DNA of 64,000 nucleotides from an uncultured bacterium (GTDB lineage Bacteria; Babelota; Babeliae; Babelales; Vermiphilaceae): NCBI GenBank assembly GCA_963695335.1, contig OY968764.1, positions 320,001 to 384,000 of the forward strand, read 5' to 3'. Shown piece by piece: positions 57,776 to 64,000 of this stretch (position 1 is its first letter; each line of letters starts with the position of its first letter). The notes under the pieces were generated by a model. It saw only the letters and a program-made list of their open reading frames with translations, ran no database searches and was not told where the DNA came from. The position numbers and the translations under genes were made by a program.

Positions 57776-57829
57776 AATACTCTTTAAGTTATGTTGTCAT
57801 GCTCTTAACTATCTTGTTTATTAACTCTT

Positions 57830-57967
57830 CGCGCTCGTCCTGAGCTTGTTTAACCCTATCTTCAGTTCCTTCCGACGGGGACCCCGATTGGAACGAAGTG
57901 AAAATTGGGGAATAAAGGATATCTTTGAGCGCTCCAGGATACCCTTCAACAGGTTCAGGGCGAGCGC
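57830..57967. repeat. Composite repeat (family A with nested B)
   Basis: Same layout as 2056-2191. Confidence 0.88.
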
Positions 57968-58060
57968 AGAAAAGATATAGAAAATAAAACCAATGGTATA
58001 ATTATACATTCTTAATTATCGCTAAAAAGCATAAAAAATCAAGCTAGCAAAGGATTTTTT

Positions 58061-58098
58061 TCTGACCCCATCTCCAGTTTCTTGCGATGGGGACCCCC
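58061..58098. repeat. Solo half of a family B repeat
   Basis: TGACCCCATCTCCAGTTTCTTGCGATGGGGACCCC. Confidence 0.7.
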
Positions 58099-58119
58099 AA
58101 TAAGAAGAAGGTAAAAAAA

Positions 58120-60627
58120 TTAAGATAAAATCACATCCGCATGCCAAGTACCATCTGTTTGCGTGAGCGCAGAAGTTTGGCCATTATCTGTTTGGTAGGT
58201 AATAGTTATTGCTTGCGTAACACCACGAATCAATTGATCATGTTGTTTAAGTTGATTAAGCTTTTCACTCAAAGCAGTCATTTTTACAAACACATTCATG
58301 GTTGTTAGTGGTGTTTTAAGTGAAAGTTGTTTTTCTGATTTGAGCTTACGCACTTGTGTTGCAATGGTAATAACATCGTTGATAATTTCTGTGTCATCTG
58401 CAAACACATATGGAATTTGTATATCTTGGTAGCGTGTTTGATGAATGGAACGTACTGCTTCGTTTGTTGTATACATTTCTTGGTATATAGTCTCTGTTAT
58501 GTGTGGTAAATATGGAGCATACAGTTGCAATATACGCAATCCCGCTTGGTACAATGTCCAACGTGTTGCTTCTATATCTTCAGCTTTGTATTGTTCAGGG
58601 TTGAATAGTTGATTTTTAATAAGCTCGAGATAGTTATCACAGAAATTGCTCCAGAAAAACTGTTCTATCATATTAAGCGCTAAACCAAATTCATGTTGTT
58701 CAAGATATTGTTGGTATTTTTCACAACATGCAGAGATTGTGTGCAGAAGCCATTTATTTATTGCGCCAATTTCTTTTGGAGTAGTATTTGGTTTTTTGAA
58801 ATTTTCTAAGTGAGGTTGAGCAAAAAGAAAAGCGTTCCACATTTTAGTGATCAGTTTTTGGCCAACTTTTAATTGCTCTTCAGAGAACATCATGTCTTGA
58901 CCAAGTCTTCCTGAAGCTGTCCAATATCTGATGGCATCGGCAGGGTATCGTTGCAATAATGATATTGGATCCATTGTGTTTGCATTGTTTTTTGATTTGG
59001 AAAGTTTTTCTTTGCTATCACTCAGTACGTGACCAGAGATTACAATATCTTTCCATGGAACGGTATTATCATGCATCCATGATTTTACGATAGTATCAAA
59101 TGCCCAGGTGCGAATAATATCATGCGCTTGTGGGCGCATGCTCATAGGCATCCAGTTTGTGTTCGTATCCTTTGAGAGACCCAAGACGAACGGATTGGTA
59201 GTTTCAACTTTATTAATTTTTTGAAACACGTTGTAGCAAATATATGGTGTAATTGATGATGTGTTCCATGTATCCATTACATCAGTATCAGGTTTAATAT
59301 TAGTGCCGCCACAATCAGGGCAAGAGTCTTGATACGGTGTTTCTTGAGGATCAACAGGGAGTTGGTCAGCATGGGCAAGTATTATTTTGCTGCAATCTTG
59401 GCAGTGCCATGCAGGGAATGGGATTCCGTAAAAGCGTTGACGGGATATTCCCCAATCCCAGGCTAAATTTTCTACCCAATCATTGTAGCGTGATTTCATA
59501 AAAGTAGGATGCCAGTTGATATTGTCGGCAATTTCTAAGAATTTATTTTTATACGGCAATATGCTGATAAACCATTGTGGCAATATGGTGTATTCAATAT
59601 CTTTTTTGCAACGTTCGTGAACATTCACCGAGTGCGAAATTGCTTGCTGACGGATTAAAAGGTTTTGCTCGCGTAATTTTTCAATAACTGTTGCGCGTGC
59701 ATCAGCAACTTTAAGGCCTTGTAAAAAGCCAGCATTGTCAGTCATTTTGCCATCTAAGCCAATAACATGGCGGTATGGTAAATTGTGTTTTTTGTACCAG
59801 ATAATGTCTGTTTTATCACCAAAGGTACACACCATTACAAGACCACTTCCTTTGTCAATGGCAACCAAATCATCGGGAAGTAGAGGTACTGTTTGACCAA
59901 AAAGAGGCACGATTGCTTTTTTGCCGTGTAATTTTGTGTAGCGAACATCATCGGGGTTATACAGCACAGCAACACATGCAGGCAATAGCTCTGGGCGCGT
60001 TGTTGCTATAGTAAGATCATTACCATCACTATCTTTAAAAATAATATCATTAAAAGATGAAGGTTGTTCCTGATCATCTAGTTCTGCTTGTGCAACAGAT
60101 GTGCGGCAGGTTGTGCAATACAAAGCAGGTTCTTGTTTGCGGTAGATATAATCTTTATTAAAAAGTTCAATGAATGATTCTTGTGATATTTTGCGCGAAT
60201 CATGAGAGATGGTTGAATATGTTTCGCTCCAATCAGCAGAAAGTCCCATTTTTTGCCATAATGTTTTGAATGTTTCAGCAGCTGCATGAGACTCTTGTAT
60301 ACACAGTGCTATAAATTCTGAGCGAGACATTTCATGCCCGCGAACATTACGTTTTTTTTCAACATAACGTTCGGTTGGCAGGCCGTTGTCATCAAAACCA
60401 AAGGGATAAAATACAGAATGACCAGTCATACGTTTGTAGCGTGCAATGATATCTGTTTGTGTGTATGAAAAAATATGACCAATATGGAGTGTGCCAGAGA
60501 CTGTTGGGGGAGGTGTGTCTATGCTATATAAAGGGCCTGGATTGTTTTCCATGGCATAGGTTTTATTATTTTCCCATTTTTGCTGAGCAGCAGCTTCACA
60601 TAACTGGTGGTCGTATTTTTTTTCCAT
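58120..60627 (-). CDS. valS: Valine--tRNA ligase (short, archaeal-like type 2)
   Basis: IDTPPPTVSG.LHIGH, FDDNGLPTER, DWGISRQRFYG, MRPQAHDIIRTWAF, KLSKS. Confidence 0.95.
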   Translation of the reverse strand: MEKKYDHQLCEAAAQQKWENNKTYAMENNPGPLYSIDTPPPTVSGTLHIGHIFSYTQTDIIARYKRMTGHSVFYPFGFDDNGLPTERYVEKKRNVRGHEMSRSEFIALCIQESHAAAETFKTLWQKMGLSADWSETYSTISHDSRKISQESFIELFNKDYIYRKQEPALYCTTCRTSVAQAELDDQEQPSSFNDIIFKDSDGNDLTIATTRPELLPACVAVLYNPDDVRYTKLHGKKAIVPLFGQTVPLLPDDLVAIDKGSGLVMVCTFGDKTDIIWYKKHNLPYRHVIGLDGKMTDNAGFLQGLKVADARATVIEKLREQNLLIRQQAISHSVNVHERCKKDIEYTILPQWFISILPYKNKFLEIADNINWHPTFMKSRYNDWVENLAWDWGISRQRFYGIPFPAWHCQDCSKIILAHADQLPVDPQETPYQDSCPDCGGTNIKPDTDVMDTWNTSSITPYICYNVFQKINKVETTNPFVLGLSKDTNTNWMPMSMRPQAHDIIRTWAFDTIVKSWMHDNTVPWKDIVISGHVLSDSKEKLSKSKNNANTMDPISLLQRYPADAIRYWTASGRLGQDMMFSEEQLKVGQKLITKMWNAFLFAQPHLENFKKPNTTPKEIGAINKWLLHTISACCEKYQQYLEQHEFGLALNMIEQFFWSNFCDNYLELIKNQLFNPEQYKAEDIEATRWTLYQAGLRILQLYAPYLPHITETIYQEMYTTNEAVRSIHQTRYQDIQIPYVFADDTEIINDVITIATQVRKLKSEKQLSLKTPLTTMNVFVKMTALSEKLNQLKQHDQLIRGVTQAITITYQTDNGQTSALTQTDGTWHADVILS
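59161..59195. repeat. Degenerate family A arm in frame in valS
   Basis: Minus strand ATCCGTTCGTCTTGGGTCTCTCAAAGGATACGAAC vs CCGTTCGTCCTGAGCCTGTCGAAGGATACGAAC at 62838; read as NPFVLGLSKDTN. Confidence 0.8.
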
Positions 60628-60747
60628 TGATAACTCTGATTTTAAAACATAATGATTTATGTATCAGTATATATTGTTTGTGTTCTTCGACAAGATAAAG
60701 GGCTTTAGGTTTGACCCTTTTTGCAAACCAGGGTACACTTTTTTATT

Positions 60748-61464
60748 ATGATTACATTACACACAGCAGAAATACTTATCAGTGTTATTACCTTTTTTAT
60801 CGCATATATCGTAGTAATCACCGTCTCTAATATGTTCCGTACATGGGTGGCATATAAAATGGGTGATGATACGGGTATGCGATTAGGTTATTTTACAGCA
60901 AATCCAATGGTTCATATTGATCCCGTTGGTCTTTTCTTTCTTTTTTACTTCTATTTTGGATGGGGCAGAATGGTACCCATCAACCCATTGCTGATCACCG
61001 AACCACATCGTTCATTAAAATTAGCAGCGGCGTATCTTTCAGATTCTTTTATGCATTTTGTTTTGAGTTTAATTGGTATTATCGTATTACTTGCTATTTT
61101 TGATGTGAATATTCTGATGGTGATGCGCATTATGGTGTTAACGTATGATGTATCGCATTTGCCGATTGCAAATATGTATCCAGAGCTTTCTTCATTTGTA
61201 ATATCAGTTGGCTTTATTGTATTTGCCTTTGTGTATCTTAATGTGGTGCTTGGTGCGCTCACTTTTATTATTAATTTCAGTAATTATCTTCTCTTTGCTC
61301 TTGCAGACCGCTCAAATAAAATTGCTCAATATGCTAACTATATAACAATCGGATTGCCTATTTTTCTTATTTTGTTCTTTTCACCACTATTACGATTGTT
61401 ATCAGTTAATCTCATTTCTTATATAGGTCTTATTATTGCTCATATTATTGGCATTACCAGATAG
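60748..61464 (+). CDS. Site-2 protease (M50)-like membrane protein without catalytic motifs
   Basis: WVAYKMGDDT...G..T.NP..HIDP.G...FGWG..VP.NP is M50-like; HExxH is replaced by SNMFR. Confidence 0.7.
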   Translation: MITLHTAEILISVITFFIAYIVVITVSNMFRTWVAYKMGDDTGMRLGYFTANPMVHIDPVGLFFLFYFYFGWGRMVPINPLLITEPHRSLKLAAAYLSDSFMHFVLSLIGIIVLLAIFDVNILMVMRIMVLTYDVSHLPIANMYPELSSFVISVGFIVFAFVYLNVVLGALTFIINFSNYLLFALADRSNKIAQYANYITIGLPIFLILFFSPLLRLLSVNLISYIGLIIAHIIGITR

Positions 61465-61495
61465 GTAGCAGATATTATTATGGATAAAATTTTAT

Positions 61496-61537
61496 CGCGC
61501 TCAAAGATATCCTTCAACAAGTTCAGGACGAGCGCGG
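61496..61537. repeat. Half family A element
   Basis: CGCGCTCAAAGATATCCTTCAACAAGTTCAGGACGAGCGCGG. Confidence 0.8.
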
Positions 61538-61561
61538 AGATGACATTACCGGATAGGCAGT

Positions 61562-62758
61562 ATGGATAACATAGAAAAAACATTAGAACTTTTGCGTTCA
61601 GGCACAGTAAATATTTATTCTGAAGATGAACTTGTTAAAGCAGTTAAAAGTGGAAAAAAACTTAAAGTAAAACTTGGCGCTGATCCTACAGCTTCTGATT
61701 TGCATTTGGGTCACATGGTTGTTTTTTCCAAATTAAAACAGTTTCAAGATTTGGGGCATGAAGTTGTTTTTTTAATTGGTGATTTTACTGCACAAATTGG
61801 TGATCCAACGGGGCGTGATAAGACTCGTCCACCATTAACTCCTGAAATTATTCAGCACAATTTAAAATCATATTTTGATCAGGCGAGTAAAGTGCTTGAT
61901 CCTAAAACGCTCACTATTACATACAATTCTGAATGGCTTGGCAAACTCTCGAGCAGTGAATTGGTGAGCATTCTTGCCAAAGTAACACTTGCACGCATTA
62001 CTGAGCGTGATGATTTTGCAAAACGTATCAAAAATAATGAATCAGTGAGTATGCATGAACTGTTGTATCCTGTTTTCCAAGGTTATGATTCTGTTGTTTT
62101 GCAAGCTGATGTTGAGTTGGGCGGTACTGATCAAACGTTTAATCTTTTGATGGGCCGTTTTTTACAAGAGCAATATGGTCAAAAAGGGCAAATTGCTATA
62201 ACAACTCCGCTGCTTGTTGGATTAGATGGCGTGCACAAGATGTCAAAATCTTTAGGTAATTTTGTTGGTTTGAATGAATCAGCGAGCAATGCGTTTGGTA
62301 AGTTGATGTCTATGTCTGATGAGCTTATGTGGCAGTATTTTATTTTGTTGCTTGGTAAGACTGCGCAACAGATTGAAGAAATGAAGCAAGAGATTGCTGT
62401 TGGTAAGTTGCATCCAATGAATGTGAAAAAAGATATGGCCCAAGGCATTGTTGCACGTTTTTGGTCGGCTGATGAAGCTGCACAAGCGCGGCAGCAGTTT
62501 GAATCTTTGTTCCAAAAACAAGATTATTCCCAAGCACAAGTAGTTGCTTTACCTGATAATTTTGCCAATCCTGTTTGGATTGTTGAATTGCTCAAAGCTT
62601 TAGGTGCAATCACAACATCTTCTGATGCAAAAAGACTGATTGAAGCTGGCTCTGTGCATCTTGATGATGTGGCAGTGACAGATTTTAAGGCGGTGGTTGA
62701 GTGGAAGTCTGGTATGATTGTTAAGGTTGGCAAGCACCGTATTTATAAGATTAAGTAA
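61562..62758 (+). CDS. tyrS: Tyrosine--tRNA ligase
   Basis: GADPTASDLHLGH, IGDPTG, LYPVFQGYDS, LGGTDQ.FN, KMSKS, S4 domain. Confidence 0.97.
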   Translation: MDNIEKTLELLRSGTVNIYSEDELVKAVKSGKKLKVKLGADPTASDLHLGHMVVFSKLKQFQDLGHEVVFLIGDFTAQIGDPTGRDKTRPPLTPEIIQHNLKSYFDQASKVLDPKTLTITYNSEWLGKLSSSELVSILAKVTLARITERDDFAKRIKNNESVSMHELLYPVFQGYDSVVLQADVELGGTDQTFNLLMGRFLQEQYGQKGQIAITTPLLVGLDGVHKMSKSLGNFVGLNESASNAFGKLMSMSDELMWQYFILLLGKTAQQIEEMKQEIAVGKLHPMNVKKDMAQGIVARFWSADEAAQARQQFESLFQKQDYSQAQVVALPDNFANPVWIVELLKALGAITTSSDAKRLIEAGSVHLDDVAVTDFKAVVEWKSGMIVKVGKHRIYKIK

Positions 62759-62764
62759 GTTAAA

Positions 62765-62871
62765 TCCGTTCGTATGTTTTAGCCGTTCGCTCACTTCGAC
62801 AAGCTCAGTGCGAACGGAAAAAGAAAAATTTATCATCCCGTTCGTCCTGAGCCTGTCGAAGGATACGAACA
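62765..62871. repeat. Pair of family A arms
   Basis: ...CTTCGACAAGCTCAGTGCGAACGG...CCGTTCGTCCTGAGCCTGTCGAAGGATACGAAC. Confidence 0.88.
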
Positions 62872-62884
62872 CAAAACAGTTTCT

Positions 62885-63619
62885 ATGAACAATATTATTA
62901 CCCCTGGTTTTCTTCTCATCAACAAACCCGTCGACATGACCTCTTTTGGCTGCATCAAATACCTTAAAAGAGTGATACAACAAAAAGTTAAAATTGGTCA
63001 TGCAGGTACCCTAGATCCATTTGCAACAGGTCTTTTGATTGTTGCCCTGGGCAGGGAAGCAACACGTCTTATTTCCAAAATCATGGTGATGGAAAAGACG
63101 TATATCGCCACCGGCAAATGTGGCGAATTGACTGATACGCTTGATTACACAGGAACGGTTATAGACACAAGCTCACATATTCCTTCAGAACAAGAGATCA
63201 AAGCCGCTATGGCATCTTTTGGCTCTTCTTATGAACAAATTCCTCCCATTTATTCCGCTCTTCAGCATGAAGGTCAGAGATTATATGCACTGGCACGCAA
63301 AAACAGTATGAGCCCTGAAGAGTTGCAAGCTATAGCAGAAAAAAAACGTAGAACCGTACAATTGTATGATCTGCAGCTTTTGTCTTATGAATCCCCACAA
63401 TTTACGATTAAAGCTTGTGTTTCTCATGGAACGTATATCCGTACATTAGTTAATGATATTGCTGTTAGAATGGGCAGCTGTGCTACAACGTATCAGCTGA
63501 CTCGTACGGCAATTGGGCTCTTTGATATGGCTCAAGCAACAGTTCTGACTGATATTAAGACTATTGAAGATATTACCCGTCTGATAATTCCCGTTGAAGA
63601 GATTGATCTAGGCGAATAA
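62885..63619 (+). CDS. truB: tRNA pseudouridine(55) synthase
   Basis: INKP, KIGHAGTLDPFATG, QIPPIYSA, CVSHGTYIRTL, LTRT.IG. Confidence 0.96.
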   Translation: MNNIITPGFLLINKPVDMTSFGCIKYLKRVIQQKVKIGHAGTLDPFATGLLIVALGREATRLISKIMVMEKTYIATGKCGELTDTLDYTGTVIDTSSHIPSEQEIKAAMASFGSSYEQIPPIYSALQHEGQRLYALARKNSMSPEELQAIAEKKRRTVQLYDLQLLSYESPQFTIKACVSHGTYIRTLVNDIAVRMGSCATTYQLTRTAIGLFDMAQATVLTDIKTIEDITRLIIPVEEIDLGE

Positions 63620-63738
63620 TCGTTAATTTTCCTTTATTTATAAGGCTTTTTCTATTAAAACTCTTGTTTTCTAACATTCTTTTTTTATAAACTAATTCTA
63701 GTAGTAATAATTAATGTTTTTTAAGCGGAGGAGACGAT

Positions 63739-64000
63739 ATGTCTATGATTAAATGGCGTCCATATGAAGAGTTGGAAAATATTGGAACAGAAATTGAGAA
63801 TTTTGGTTTAGATTTATCTGCCGATATGTATGAGACAGATAAAGATGTTATCGCAACTATGAATGTCCCTGGTATTGATAAAAAAGATATTCATGTACGT
63901 GTTGATGGCAACCACCTTCATGTTTCTGGTGAACGTAAAGAAGAAAAAGAAGTTAAAAAAGATGATTATTATCACAAAGAAATTAGAAGAGGGCATTTTG
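63739..64000 (+). CDS. Hsp20/alpha-crystallin small heat-shock protein, partial
   Basis: GGAGGAG RBS; MSMIKWRPY...ADMYETDKDVIATMNVPGIDKKDIHV...LHVSGERKEE...YYHKEIRRGHF. Confidence 0.92.
   Translation, partial: MSMIKWRPYEELENIGTEIENFGLDLSADMYETDKDVIATMNVPGIDKKDIHVRVDGNHLHVSGERKEEKEVKKDDYYHKEIRRGHF

Noticed and set aside
2056..62871. Palindromic repeats as a CRISPR array
   Set aside because: Copies are dispersed, variable and nested, with no regular repeat-spacer period and no cas genes.
63620..63738. CIRCE operator upstream of hsp20
   Set aside because: No TTAGCACTC-N9-GAGTGCTAA match was found.

Overview
AT-rich bacterial chromosome segment. The gene content fits an intracellular parasite of protists, most likely phylum Babeliota (Dependentiae/TM6); this is inferred from content, not from a search. 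Backbone: a type II secretion operon with two secretins (gspC-gspD-gspL-gspM-gspD', the last running off the left edge), a frameshifted moxR, dcd, yhcG, mlaF/mlaE, secG, tpiA, uvrC, an M23 peptidase, a polar amino-acid ABC transporter, fic, a DEAD-box helicase, mutY, gatB, RNase E/G, an OmpA lipoprotein, a GT28 glycosyltransferase, mnmE, jag, tRNA-Gly(GCC), ruvA, ybeY, valS, tyrS, truB and a partial hsp20. About 30 orphan signal-peptide proteins (ankyrin-like, F-box-like, Nudix, J-domain, CaaX, Cys-rich membrane types) are interspersed, often as tandem paralogues. Two IS elements (IS5 family; tnpA-only IS200/IS605 family) each interrupt one of these genes, and both empty sites can be rebuilt in frame. 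Two main signals: (1) 22 orphan exported proteins have a Met right after the apparent signal-peptide cleavage site, 19 of them M-E/D/N/Q; (2) three small palindromic repeat families nest into each other at fixed positions and are translated in frame inside gspD', gspC, valS, jag and a Nudix gene. Also seen: a Ras-like CKCIIS tail on a small exported protein and a candidate ~105-nt sRNA.
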